Origin: Bacteroidota bacterium
GTDB lineage: Bacteria; Bacteroidota; Ignavibacteria; UBA10030; UBA8401
Reading direction: 5' to 3'
Length of the DNA stretch: 64,000 bases
Assembly (NCBI GenBank): GCA_021796215.1
Contig: JAJYOK010000006.1
Location: 201-64,200, forward strand
The notes under the pieces are model-generated. The model was not told the origin of the DNA, did no database searches, and saw only the letters and a list, made by a program, of their open reading frames with translations. Below, piece after piece: positions 10,578 to 21,001 of the stretch. The first letter of the stretch is position 1, and the number at the start of each line of letters is the position of its first letter. A program made the translations under genes and the position numbers.

Positions 10578-11927
10578 TTACTTCCCGATTACTCCCATCG
10601 CTTTTTGCAGCCGAATCAGCGAACTGTTGTAATCGGCAAGCGCTTGAATATAGGTGATGCGTGCGTTCGACAACGTGACCTGCGCGTCGGTAATTTCAAT
10701 CGGCGAGCCGACGCCGGAATTGTATCGTCCTTCCGCAAGCTTCAGATTTTCTACCGCCTGCGTCACCAATTTTGCTGACGCGCCGATGCGCTCACCGGCT
10801 TCTTTCAGCGAAAGATAATTCTGCTCGACATCTAACCGCACGGATTCTTTCAGCAAATCAAGCGATGCTTGCGCCGCATCGGTGTTTGCTTCCGCCTGCT
10901 GCACCTGTGCTTCCACATTGAATCCTTGGAACAACGGCACGCTGAGCGTGATGCCGCCCGTCCATCTGCTCACTAAAGGGAAATCAAATCCGTTCCATGT
11001 GTACGAACCGCTCAGCGCAAGCGACGGGAGATTTTGATCCCACGCTGCGGATGCAAGCGCTTGGTTCGCTCGAACACGTGCTTCGGCGGCGGAGACTTCC
11101 GGGCGGGACTCAAGCGCAATTGCTTTTGCAGAATCGAGCGGCATGGCGAATGATGTGGTATCGAATGTATTCTGCACAGCGTACGCCTGTGCCGGGTGGA
11201 CTCCCATAGCATTTTCTAATTGCACTTTTGCGATGCGAACCTGATTTCGCGCTCTGATCAAATTGACATTCGCATTCGCAAGGTCTACCTCGGATTTTGT
11301 CACATCGAACTGCGGCCGGCTGCCGACTTTATAGAATGCCTGCGCTTCTTTCAAATGGTCTTCCGCCTGCTTCACTGCTTCTTCGTCCACACCTACCAAG
11401 CGCTGCGCCTGAACAAATGCGATGTAGGCAAGCTCAACATTCATCACTACGTTATCACGTGTTGAATTGTAGTCGAACGAGCTTGCGCTGTACAAATCTT
11501 CCGATGCCGAAACGCGCCCTCCGGTTTTTCCAAAGTCATAAATCGTTTGCTGGAGCGAAGCACCCGTGGAATAGTTGTTATAGAACTGCGTTCGTGCAGG
11601 AAACGATGGATTGAAAACGAAGGCGCCGCCGGTACGCGTGCCGGACGCATTCAAACTCAGCGAAGGAAAATAATTTGACTGTGCCTGCGTAACCGAGGAC
11701 GACGCCGAACGCACAGATGCTTCCGCAGAGCGAAGCAGCGGCTGATGACCAAGTGCGATGCGAACGGCCTGCTCCATGGTAAGCGAATCGGAAATCACTT
11801 CCGCTGTGTTATTGCCGGAACTGTTTTCAATTTGCGAGTGACTGATTCCCGCGGCAAAAAAAACTACCGTAAAAACGTACCGTGCTGATTTCAGATATTC
11901 CCGTTTCATTCTACGCAGTCTCCTCAT
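10578..11927 (-). CDS. TolC-family outer membrane efflux protein
   Basis: Signal peptide. Two repeated alpha-helical/beta-barrel halves. Overlaps the upstream RND pump gene by 17 nt; last gene of the MFP-RND-OMP operon. Confidence 0.8.
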   Translation of the reverse strand: MRRLRRMKREYLKSARYVFTVVFFAAGISHSQIENSSGNNTAEVISDSLTMEQAVRIALGHQPLLRSAEASVRSASSSVTQAQSNYFPSLSLNASGTRTGGAFVFNPSFPARTQFYNNYSTGASLQQTIYDFGKTGGRVSASEDLYSASSFDYNSTRDNVVMNVELAYIAFVQAQRLVGVDEEAVKQAEDHLKEAQAFYKVGSRPQFDVTKSEVDLANANVNLIRARNQVRIAKVQLENAMGVHPAQAYAVQNTFDTTSFAMPLDSAKAIALESRPEVSAAEARVRANQALASAAWDQNLPSLALSGSYTWNGFDFPLVSRWTGGITLSVPLFQGFNVEAQVQQAEANTDAAQASLDLLKESVRLDVEQNYLSLKEAGERIGASAKLVTQAVENLKLAEGRYNSGVGSPIEITDAQVTLSNARITYIQALADYNSSLIRLQKAMGVIGK

Positions 11928-14900
11928 CGTTCTTCAGTTTCCTCTTGAAGTGTTCCTCAAAAATTGTGTACAAGACCGGGACGAAGAACAATGTCAGTGT
12001 TGTCGAAACCGTCAATCCGCCGATCACTGCAATTGCCAACGGCGCTTGTGTTGATTCGCCGCCAAACCCGATTGCCATCGGAATAAGTCCAAGGACCGTT
12101 GCAAGCGATGTCATCAGGATCGGTTTCAACCGCGTGCGCCCGGCTTTCAGGACAGCGTCGTGCAATTCAAGTCCGCTTACGCGGAGGCGATTGGTATAAT
12201 CAACAAGAAGAATTCCGTTGCTTACCACAATCCCCACCATCACAATGATTCCTTGAAACGATGTTACCGAAAGCGTTGTGTTGGTCAGAAATAATGTCCA
12301 GAAAACACCGACAATACCGAGCGGCACCGTGAACATGATGATGAACGGATCAATCAGCGATTGGAATTGTGACGCCATAACGACATAGACAAGAAGAATT
12401 GCCAGTGCAAATGCGAGTAAAAGATCCTGGAATGTTTGCTGCTGCTGTTCGACGTTGCCGCCAAGATGCAGTTGAAATCCGTTTGGCACCTGAACGGTAT
12501 CAAGCCGCGCCTGAATGTCTTTCGCAACACTTCCGAGGTCGCGGTCTTTCACGTTCGCCGTAACATCTACAATGCGCTGCTGGTATTTTCGGTCAATTTG
12601 CACCGGTGCGGCAGTTTTCTCAATTGTTGCTATGTTGCCGAGCAGCACCTGTTCTCCGGTTGCCGTTGTGAGAACAATTTTTTTCAGGTCGTCAATGTTC
12701 GAACGGAAATCTTCATTGAGCCGCACGAGAATATTCGAAGTGTTGCCGGTAACCGGATCGGTGTACAGCGACGCGACACTGCCATTGACGTACGTGCTGA
12801 CCGTGTTTGCGACCTGCGCAACATTGAGACCGAGAACGCCTGCTTTATCGCGGTCAATCTTCACATCCAGTTCCGGCAGATTATCGTCGCGGCTCACCTG
12901 CACATCTACAGCGCCCGGCGTTGACTGAACAATCCCTTGCACTTCTTTCGCCAATGCAGAACCTTGATCAAGATCGAAGCCGCGTACTTCAACGTCAATC
13001 GGAGCGTTTGCGCCGAAGTTCAGGAGAAAACTCAAAAAGCCCCCCGGGCTCATAAAGACCGTTGCACCGGGAATTCTTGTCAGCTTTGGTCTCAACGCAT
13101 CCACGACTTCAAACACGCTTCGCTTTCGCTGGTCTGCCGGAATGAGTGCGACGCGGATATTGGCAGAGTGGCTTCCCGAGTTCCGGCTGAAGAAATTTCC
13201 GCTGCGGGCAGAAGGAATACCGATATCGGAAATCATTGTTTGAAGCTCAGGCACATTTTTCGTAATGATGCTTTCAATTTGCTTTACAACTCTATCGGTT
13301 TCAGAAGCGCGCGTACCGACAGGTAATTTAACGGTAACGCTGAATTGCCCTTCGTCCTGCTGGGGGAAAAATTCTGTTCCGATAAATTTGAACAAACCGA
13401 ACGAAAGCAGAGACACGCCAAGAATTCCCAGGACAACGAAACGACGATGGCTCAACGTCCAGTGAAGCCGCTGTTCATACCATTCATCAAGCTTTTCAAG
13501 CTGGTCATAAGCAAAAACGCGGGCGCGGTCGGAAAATTTCCTCGACCCGCGATCCAATTCTTTTTCAGGGCCGAGGTAGTTCAAGCACATTAGCGGCGTA
13601 ACAGTACGGGAAATGAAAAACGATCCGAACAGCGCTACGGCAATGGTGAGCGTCAAGGGAACAAAGAGAAGCTTTGCAACACCGGTGAGGAAAACAATCG
13701 GGAGAAACACGATCACCGTTGACAATGTGGAAATAAAGATCGGCGATGCGACTTCCTTCGCGGCTTCTAACGTTGCCGCAATTTTCGATTGGCCGGGTTT
13801 CCGTTCGTTATAATGACGCGTGATAACCTCAAGCTCGACAATGGAATCGTCAACCAATCGTCCCACCGCAAGTGCCAATCCGCCGAATGTCATAATATTC
13901 AGCGTGACATTTCCGAAGCGGAACATGATAAAGGTAATGAGAATCGAAAGCGGAATGGCAACGATAATGATAATCGTTCCGCGAACATTGCGAAGGAAAA
14001 GGAGAATTATGATCATTGCAAGAATTGCGCCGAACATTGCCTCGCGCTGCAATCCTGAAATTGTCTGACGGATATATAACGACTGATCGAACGACAACGA
14101 CATATGCACCGATTCAGGAACGCCGTTGAGGTGCGGCAATGAACGAAGCACATTGTCAACGACGCTCACAGTGTTTGCGCTCGCCAGCTTCTGCACACTG
14201 AGCATCACTCCGGGCTTGCCGTTGATCCGAATGATTTCAGTTTGCTCCTGATAGCTGTCTTCAACCGTCCCGATATCTTTGATGCGAATCGGAACGCCGT
14301 TCACCGTCTTCACAATGATGTTTTCCATCGGCTGCACAACGTTGAACTGGCTTTCTGTTTTCAGCGAGTAATCGAATTTTCCCGTCTTAAGATCGCCGGA
14401 CGGAATAATAAGATTGGCATTCGCAATTGCAGTCAACACCGCTTGCACAGGAAGCTGCAGCGCCTCCATCCTTTTCTCATCCAGCGTGACATGAATTTCA
14501 CGGATGCGTCCGCCAAGCACTTGCGCCGACGCAACACCGGGAAGGTGCTCAATTTGCGGTTCGATAGTGTTGAGCGCAAGATCGTACATATCCCGCTCGT
14601 CCATATCAGAATTGATGCCGATGGTGCAGACCGGCAAACTTGAAAGATCGAAACGGAGAGACGCCGGTTGGGAAACGCCGGTCGGAAGCTGATTCAGAAT
14701 ACGGTTGACGCGCTGGATAACATCAACAAGCCCGACGTCGGTGTTCGCATCCCAGTTGAAATAAATACGAACCTGCGAAATACCTTCGCGCGTCGAAGAC
14801 TGGACATAGTTCACGTCGTTCACGGAACTGACGGTGCGCTCGATAATCGTCGTGACCGATTGTTCCATGTCGAGTGGTCCGGCGCCCGGATAAAATGTTA

Positions 14901-15042
14901 CCGTGCTGACAACTGGGATCGTAATGTTCGGAAGAAGATCAATAGGAAGCTGTTCAACGGAAATGAATCCCATGACGACGATCGTCACGGCGATGAGAAA
15001 TGTAGAGATGGGGTACTTAAGCGCAAGCCGGGTTAGCCACAT
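11911..15042 (-). CDS. RND efflux transporter permease (AcrB/CzcA family)
   Basis: 1043 aa. 12-TM topology with two large periplasmic loops. MWLTRLALKYPISTFLIAVTIVVMGFISVEQLPIDLLPNI is a typical RND N-terminus. Confidence 0.9.
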   Translation of the reverse strand: MWLTRLALKYPISTFLIAVTIVVMGFISVEQLPIDLLPNITIPVVSTVTFYPGAGPLDMEQSVTTIIERTVSSVNDVNYVQSSTREGISQVRIYFNWDANTDVGLVDVIQRVNRILNQLPTGVSQPASLRFDLSSLPVCTIGINSDMDERDMYDLALNTIEPQIEHLPGVASAQVLGGRIREIHVTLDEKRMEALQLPVQAVLTAIANANLIIPSGDLKTGKFDYSLKTESQFNVVQPMENIIVKTVNGVPIRIKDIGTVEDSYQEQTEIIRINGKPGVMLSVQKLASANTVSVVDNVLRSLPHLNGVPESVHMSLSFDQSLYIRQTISGLQREAMFGAILAMIIILLFLRNVRGTIIIIVAIPLSILITFIMFRFGNVTLNIMTFGGLALAVGRLVDDSIVELEVITRHYNERKPGQSKIAATLEAAKEVASPIFISTLSTVIVFLPIVFLTGVAKLLFVPLTLTIAVALFGSFFISRTVTPLMCLNYLGPEKELDRGSRKFSDRARVFAYDQLEKLDEWYEQRLHWTLSHRRFVVLGILGVSLLSFGLFKFIGTEFFPQQDEGQFSVTVKLPVGTRASETDRVVKQIESIITKNVPELQTMISDIGIPSARSGNFFSRNSGSHSANIRVALIPADQRKRSVFEVVDALRPKLTRIPGATVFMSPGGFLSFLLNFGANAPIDVEVRGFDLDQGSALAKEVQGIVQSTPGAVDVQVSRDDNLPELDVKIDRDKAGVLGLNVAQVANTVSTYVNGSVASLYTDPVTGNTSNILVRLNEDFRSNIDDLKKIVLTTATGEQVLLGNIATIEKTAAPVQIDRKYQQRIVDVTANVKDRDLGSVAKDIQARLDTVQVPNGFQLHLGGNVEQQQQTFQDLLLAFALAILLVYVVMASQFQSLIDPFIIMFTVPLGIVGVFWTLFLTNTTLSVTSFQGIIVMVGIVVSNGILLVDYTNRLRVSGLELHDAVLKAGRTRLKPILMTSLATVLGLIPMAIGFGGESTQAPLAIAVIGGLTVSTTLTLFFVPVLYTIFEEHFKRKLKNDEETA

Positions 15043-15060
15043 ATAATTCTTTTTTTCTGA

Positions 15061-16137
15061 TTATTGCTGAACGGTAACGGTGCCGCCATCGTGAAGAAAT
15101 TGCTGCCCGGTGGTAATGATTGTTTCCTCACCGGTAAGCCCCGAGGTAATTTCGGTGCGCGTACCGACTTCAATGCCGGGCTGCACGCGGACTTTTTTTG
15201 CAGTATTGTTAACAAGAGCGAACACAAACTGCCCGATGTTATCTTTCATAAGCGCATACGTCGGAACAGTAATTGCATTCGGATGCTGCGAAACAACAAG
15301 CGTGACGGTGGCAAACATTCCGGGTTTCAGAGAATTGTCTTTATTCGGAATATCTATTTCAACCGCCATCGTTCGCGTGGAAAGATCAACCGCCTGGCTA
15401 AGGCGGGAAATTGTGCCTTCGTATTCTTTTCCCGGAAACGCATCAACCGTGACGATCGCTTTTTTTCCGACGGTGATAAGGGGAATATCTTTTTCCAGGA
15501 TGTTGACAATGACTTTCACGCTGTCTAAATCCATAAGCGAAAACAGTGTTGAGTTGTTGTTGGTTACGAGCGCACCGGCATCGAGATACCGTTTTGTAAT
15601 ATAACCGGAGAACGGTGCGGTGATGCGCGCATAGCTCAATTTTGTTTTTGCCGTTGCATAATTGGCGAGCGCGACTTTCATTGTTGCTTCTGCGTTGTCC
15701 CGGTCCTGTTTCGCTACAAGATTCTGCTTCAACAATTGTTCATTCCGTTGATAAATGATGCGGGCGTTGGCATACGTCGCTGCGGTTTGCTGCACTTGCT
15801 GATACAATTCTGTTGTATCAATCACAGCGAGCAGTTGATCGTGGCGCACATGCGTCCCCATATCCACGAACACACGGTCAAGATTGCCGCTGACCTTCGA
15901 GTAAATGCTCGCCTGCTGGATGGCAATAACATCGCCGTTGAATTGTAATTTGTATTCGACTGTTTCACGCGCAGGTTTTTCCACTTTCACAAGCGGTATA
16001 TTGCTGCGCCGGGCATCCGCTGAATTTCCGACGGCACTGAAGCGGGCAACAATGAGAACAACTAAAGCGAGCGCGATGATTCCAACGATGAGATACGACC
16101 GAAATTTTTTCATACCGATGTTTTTGCCGTCGGGCAA
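15061..16137 (-). CDS. RND efflux periplasmic adaptor (membrane fusion protein)
   Basis: N-terminal TM (MKKFRSYLIVGIIALALVVLIVA), coiled-coil and beta-barrel domains. The ORF track uses a TTG start at 16137 (AAAGG 3 nt upstream); alternative ATG at 16113. Confidence 0.8.
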   Translation of the reverse strand: MPDGKNIGMKKFRSYLIVGIIALALVVLIVARFSAVGNSADARRSNIPLVKVEKPARETVEYKLQFNGDVIAIQQASIYSKVSGNLDRVFVDMGTHVRHDQLLAVIDTTELYQQVQQTAATYANARIIYQRNEQLLKQNLVAKQDRDNAEATMKVALANYATAKTKLSYARITAPFSGYITKRYLDAGALVTNNNSTLFSLMDLDSVKVIVNILEKDIPLITVGKKAIVTVDAFPGKEYEGTISRLSQAVDLSTRTMAVEIDIPNKDNSLKPGMFATVTLVVSQHPNAITVPTYALMKDNIGQFVFALVNNTAKKVRVQPGIEVGTRTEITSGLTGEETIITTGQQFLHDGGTVTVQQ

Positions 16138-16335
16138 AATCCTTTAACTTATTTTTCGACTCATTAGGTTGATTAGTTGAAAAATTTACGAAAAAAAGAT
16201 TTTAAACTCCACTTTCCTGTGTAATTTCACTTACTCTACTGACCACCGGGGAGGTACTATCGTGGGACAGTACAAAGGAATTAACCACATTACGAAATTA
16301 GACGTTCCCCGTGCTCGAATGTTTAATAGAGGTAA

Positions 16336-17505
16336 TTACGCAGATCGCAACGCCGCAATGATGTTCAGCCGCGCGGCGCGAAATGCGGGAAGAAATCCGC
16401 CGACAAATCCCATAGCAAGTGCAAAGAGGAGAGTGCCGAGAACAATTCCCGGCGTTAATGAAAAGCCGAATGCCAGTTCAGCGAACGATCCGAAATTTGT
16501 CGTTGAGAAGCTGACAAACTGAAGAAACGATGCGATGATAATGCCGATGGCGCCGCCGATAAGCGAAAGCATCAGCGACTCGGCAAGAAATGCGGCGAGC
16601 ACGCTGCGCCGGCGAAAACCGAGCGCGCGCAGGGTTCCAATTTCTACCGTGCGGTTCGATACAGCGGCATACATCGTAATCATCGCGCCGATCATTGCGC
16701 CAAAGCTGAAAATAATTGTGATGACCAACCCAAGCGCGCGGATAAATGTCGCCATAAATTCAGATTGCTCTTCGAAATATTGTTTTTCACGTTTCGGTTC
16801 AAGCTCCTGCAGCCGTTGTTCTGCAGAAAGTTTTGTTTTCAATGTCTCAAAGTCGTCCGGGTTTTTCAGCTTCAGTGTAAGAGAAGAATAAACCGGGCGG
16901 TTGAATGCAAGCATTAGCTGTTCCGTGTCTCCCCAAATCTCGGAAGCGAATCCTGTTTTGCCGGCATCAAACAACCCGACGATTGTCCACAGGTTCGTGC
17001 CGATTTGAATTTTTTGCCCGATTGCTGTGCCGTCGAACTCGTCTGCAATAGCATTCCCCACAACAATTTCGTTCGAGCCGAATTGCAGCATCCGCCCTTC
17101 TTTTATTGTTACCTCAGGATGAACGGCAAGAATTTCCGGAGAAACACCGCGCACTGTTACATTGCCCATGTCATTTGTTTTTTTCTTGTGAAGATTAATA
17201 ATGGTGACCATGTTGGCAGACGCAAGCGGCTTGCCATTCTTGTCCGCTGCGATTTCTGGAAATGTTTCAATGAGTGCTGCAGATTCACGGCTGACAGCGC
17301 TCAGCAATTCGCTCTGCGCCGATTTTCTGAGAATAATGACGTTGTCATCAGATCCCGTGGAAACGAGTGTTGTCTTAACCCCCTGTGCAAGCATAAGCAC
17401 TGCGGCAAATACGAAAACAACGAGAGCAATGCCGCCGACCGTCAGCAGCGTTGTGAGACGGCGCGTCCAAAGGTTGCGGAGATTGTATGTTAAAGGAATT
17501 TTCAT
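16336..17505 (-). CDS. ABC transporter permease, FtsX-like (MacB-type)
   Basis: 389 aa. N-terminal TM, periplasmic domain and C-terminal FtsX 4-TM bundle. Second of two tandem paralogues. Confidence 0.8.
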   Translation of the reverse strand: MKIPLTYNLRNLWTRRLTTLLTVGGIALVVFVFAAVLMLAQGVKTTLVSTGSDDNVIILRKSAQSELLSAVSRESAALIETFPEIAADKNGKPLASANMVTIINLHKKKTNDMGNVTVRGVSPEILAVHPEVTIKEGRMLQFGSNEIVVGNAIADEFDGTAIGQKIQIGTNLWTIVGLFDAGKTGFASEIWGDTEQLMLAFNRPVYSSLTLKLKNPDDFETLKTKLSAEQRLQELEPKREKQYFEEQSEFMATFIRALGLVITIIFSFGAMIGAMITMYAAVSNRTVEIGTLRALGFRRRSVLAAFLAESLMLSLIGGAIGIIIASFLQFVSFSTTNFGSFAELAFGFSLTPGIVLGTLLFALAMGFVGGFLPAFRAARLNIIAALRSA

Positions 17506-17525
17506 AAGCCGCCGGTAAATTGTCG

Positions 17526-18689
17526 TTATCCGATTTGGCGCAAGCCGTCAACGATTTTAATATTTGCCGACCGTATGGCGGGGAAAATTGATGCCACTGC
17601 ACCGATGATAATTGAAAATACTGCTGCAAGCGCCAATGTTGAATTGGCAATATTGAACACCGGAAAGAATGTCGGAAACGCAGCTCCAAATCCTGCAACA
17701 ACCGGGAATGTGAATGCTACGCCGATGGCGCCGCCGATAATCGAAATAAACAGCGCTTCGCCCGCCACCAAAATGAAAATGTGTTTCGATGTAAAGCCAA
17801 GGGTTTTCAACACAGCGTATTCCCTGATGCGCTCGCGTGCCGACATGATAATTGTATTCGCGAGCACAAGCAAAATAATACCGATGATGACATACGAAAC
17901 AATCTCCAGCGAAGTAATAATGGCGCTCGAAAGAGAGACAAAGCTTTGCTGGAATGCTTTTTCGGTTTCGGTTTTTGTCTTTGCCGGCGAATTCTCAAAC
18001 ATGCGATCAACCGCTTCGGAAACTGCCGGTGCGTCTTCCGGATTGTCAATGCGAATGATGTACCAGCCGACGTTCCCTGCACGGAACGGTGAATCCTGCT
18101 TCAGCTTTTCATCCAAATACGTCCAGTGGAAAAACATCTGCGTTGGATCAACTGTTTTGTCTTTCGGTTTGTAGATGCCGCGTATTACGAACTGCCATGT
18201 GCCCGGGAAAATATCTCCTTGAATCGTAATGATGTCGCCAATTTTGAAATTGAACTCTTTCGCGATTTTTTCACCGATAACACACGAGTTGCGTTCCCGT
18301 TTGAATGCTTCGAGCTGATCGTGCGGCAATAAAAATTCAGGATAGAGATCAAAAATTGTTTCCGCATCAACCGCCATGCGCGGGAAAAAATGTTCCGGGC
18401 GGTTGTCAACGTATGTTCCCTGAAACCACGTAGCAAACGACACCTCGGAAACACCGGGTACTTTTGCAATCTGGTCGCGGTAGGAATATGGCAGCGGGAA
18501 AATAAATGAAACGGCGTCGCGCGAGATCAGCCGGTTTGATGCCGATGCGTCAACACCGGCGTACCATGCCGTGACAACCGTCCGTAAAAGTCCGAACGCA
18601 AGGATTGCCACCGCCAGGCCGAGCATCGTCAGCGATGTTCGAAGCTTGTGCCGCAGCAGATTTTTAGCGATGAGTTTAAAAAATTTCAT
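17526..18689 (-). CDS. ABC transporter permease, FtsX-like (MacB-type)
   Basis: 387 aa, same architecture. 4-bp overlap (ATGA) with the upstream ATPase gene. Confidence 0.8.
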   Translation of the reverse strand: MKFFKLIAKNLLRHKLRTSLTMLGLAVAILAFGLLRTVVTAWYAGVDASASNRLISRDAVSFIFPLPYSYRDQIAKVPGVSEVSFATWFQGTYVDNRPEHFFPRMAVDAETIFDLYPEFLLPHDQLEAFKRERNSCVIGEKIAKEFNFKIGDIITIQGDIFPGTWQFVIRGIYKPKDKTVDPTQMFFHWTYLDEKLKQDSPFRAGNVGWYIIRIDNPEDAPAVSEAVDRMFENSPAKTKTETEKAFQQSFVSLSSAIITSLEIVSYVIIGIILLVLANTIIMSARERIREYAVLKTLGFTSKHIFILVAGEALFISIIGGAIGVAFTFPVVAGFGAAFPTFFPVFNIANSTLALAAVFSIIIGAVASIFPAIRSANIKIVDGLRQIG

Positions 18690-19363
18690 TGAATCAGCTC
18701 GCCTTTTTCAAGATGCTGCGTTTTGTGGGCGCGCTCCGCTGCGCGCGGATCGTGTGTTACCATCACAATTGTTTTCTTGAACTCGCCGTTTAACCGTTCC
18801 ATCAACAGTAAAATTTCATCGGCGGATTTTTTATCAAGGTCGCCAGTCGGCTCATCCGCAACGATGATTGTCGGGTCTGTGACAATTGCGCGCGCAATGG
18901 CGACGCGCTGTTCCTGTCCGCCGGAAAGCTGTTTAGGATAATGATGAATGCGGTCGGCGAGCCCGACAACATTCAGCGCTGTTTCGACATGCTCTTTGCG
19001 TTCTTTTTTCGAAAGATGTGTCAACAGAAGGGGCAGTTCGACGTTTTCAAACGCCGTTAGCACCGGCATCAAATTATAAAATTGGAAAACGAACCCGACA
19101 TGGCGCGACCGCCATTGCGCAAGAGCCGATTCACCGAGCTGAACAATATTCGTTCCTGCGACATTGATAGAGCCGTTGTTCGGCCGGTCAATGCCCGCAA
19201 TAAGATTGAGCAGTGTTGTTTTACCGGAGCCGGACGGACCCATTAGTGCAAGGAATTCTCCTTCGGGCACATCGAGCGTGATGTTTTGTAAAACCGGAAT
19301 TTCAATGGAATCCCGATGGTAACTTTTTGAGACATCGTGAACTTGAACAATTGTGTCTGCCAT
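18686..19363 (-). CDS. ABC transporter ATP-binding protein (MacB/LolD-like ATPase)
   Basis: Walker [13 protein letters not shown], signature [14 protein letters not shown], Walker [13 protein letters not shown]. Confidence 0.9.
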   Translation of the reverse strand: MADTIVQVHDVSKSYHRDSIEIPVLQNITLDVPEGEFLALMGPSGSGKTTLLNLIAGIDRPNNGSINVAGTNIVQLGESALAQWRSRHVGFVFQFYNLMPVLTAFENVELPLLLTHLSKKERKEHVETALNVVGLADRIHHYPKQLSGGQEQRVAIARAIVTDPTIIVADEPTGDLDKKSADEILLLMERLNGEFKKTIVMVTHDPRAAERAHKTQHLEKGELIQ

Positions 19364-19408
19364 AACGTGTCTATCTTTATGATGAAATGAGAGCGCTGAA
19401 GCGAAGCT

Positions 19409-20686
19409 TCAATGCTGCGTTGACAATTCTACTCTTGATCCGCTCGAAAGTTTTTCCGATGGGTGCAACACTACATTTTCTCCAACCGACAATCCTTGTT
19501 TCACTTCAACGCTGCTGCCGAGAAGCGAGCCGAGCGCGACCGGAACCATCGTAACGGTTTCGCCGTGCACAACAAAGACAACTTTCTTTCCGTCGCGCGT
19601 GGCAATAGCTGAAGACGGAACAGAAATTTTCAATGCGGCGTCATTCTGCGATGTTTCTTTGCTGAGGAACAATACCTTTGCGCTCATTTCGGGAAGCACG
19701 CGTTCATCGCGATCGAGGAATTCGACTTTTGTTAACACCGTTGCTTTCGCACGGTCGGCCGTCGGAACAATTTTATGGACAACGCCTTTGTATTGCTTGT
19801 CCGGTACGGCATCGAGAGTAATTTCGCACGGTTGGCCGGTATGAATTTTTTCGATGTATGATTCGGAAACATCGGCTTCCACCTGAAGCGAGGACATGTC
19901 CGCCATGGTTACAACAGCGCCGCGCGATCCTGCAGCCGCGCCGAATGGTGTAATCACCTCGCCGACGTTAGCATCTTTCGTCAACACAACGCCATCAAAC
20001 GGCGCGCGGATGTATGTGTTCTCGATATTGACTTCCGCCGCCGTGACTCCGGCATCTGCCTGAGCAACCGAAGCTTTTGCAGATTCTAGTCCGGCGATTG
20101 CTTTTTGGTAACGTGCATTTGCCGCATCATAATCCGCCTGCGAAATCAATTTTTGACTGAAGAGAGATTTCTGGCGTTCATAATTAGATTTTGCGTCATT
20201 GAATTCTGCCTGTGCCTGCGCAACACCGGCACGCGCAACTTCGCTTGCAGCTTTTGCCTGTCCGAGTGCCGCCTCTACATCGCTGCTCTCAAGCCTGCCG
20301 ATGATGCTTCCTTTTTTCACATGGTCCCCTTCTTCAACGGCGAGAAATTCCAGCCGCCCCGTGCCTTTCGATGCAACCGATGCTTTACGCTGAGCGACAA
20401 CATATCCGCTTGCAGTAAGCACGGCATTTGCCTGAGATGGTGAAGTGAGCGAAACCGGAACGGTCTCAACAATTTCTGAAGAAGAAACACCGCCGCCTAA
20501 CAGCAAAAAGGCAAGGACAATACACACCACGGCACCAAGAAGCGAAAAGACGAGAATTTTGTTTCGGGATGAAGGGCCTTTTGCGGCTCTTGTCGTTTCG
20601 TCACGCCGGATGCGAAGCGATGAAAGATCGCTGCTGCCGTTGGCGTCACGCTCTGTTTTTTCAAATTCAGACATAATAATATACAT
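19409..20686 (-). CDS. HlyD-family periplasmic adaptor (MacA-like)
   Basis: TM segment ILVFSLLGAVVCIVLAFLLL, long coiled-coil hairpin (ASVAQADAGVTAAE...) and beta-barrel domains. First gene of the MFP-ATPase-permease-permease operon. The true start may be the internal MSEFEK. Confidence 0.8.
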   Translation of the reverse strand: MYIIMSEFEKTERDANGSSDLSSLRIRRDETTRAAKGPSSRNKILVFSLLGAVVCIVLAFLLLGGGVSSSEIVETVPVSLTSPSQANAVLTASGYVVAQRKASVASKGTGRLEFLAVEEGDHVKKGSIIGRLESSDVEAALGQAKAASEVARAGVAQAQAEFNDAKSNYERQKSLFSQKLISQADYDAANARYQKAIAGLESAKASVAQADAGVTAAEVNIENTYIRAPFDGVVLTKDANVGEVITPFGAAAGSRGAVVTMADMSSLQVEADVSESYIEKIHTGQPCEITLDAVPDKQYKGVVHKIVPTADRAKATVLTKVEFLDRDERVLPEMSAKVLFLSKETSQNDAALKISVPSSAIATRDGKKVVFVVHGETVTMVPVALGSLLGSSVEVKQGLSVGENVVLHPSEKLSSGSRVELSTQH

Positions 20687-21001
20687 CTTCGGTTTTAAAG
20701 AGCATCTGACTTAACCCAAAAGAAAAACTGGCTATTGAAACACTGGATTGTTGGGAAATGTTTCAATTAATATGTGAAAAAAATCGAGATAAATCAACAA
20801 CTCTGCATGCGCGGTAGTAACTCATTCTTTCCCAATAGTCGAACAGTGGAAGAGAAATTCGACAGCCACTTTGCATTTCAAAATCTCATTCTTTATCTTG
20901 CTGACGATTTACAAAGAGAAATATTTCATCCTCTCTTGTCCAAAAAATTCCCTCATCAGAGGAATGCCAGATTACAATCATCAAGGTGAAAGGTCTACAT
21001 C

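Noticed and set aside
12436-12924. Plus-strand ORFs of 130-160 aa (12436-12924, 12515-12928, 14242-14643, 14668-15036) inside the RND pump gene
   Set aside because: They lie antisense to a long minus-strand gene with clear RND homology. No motifs; typical shadow ORFs.
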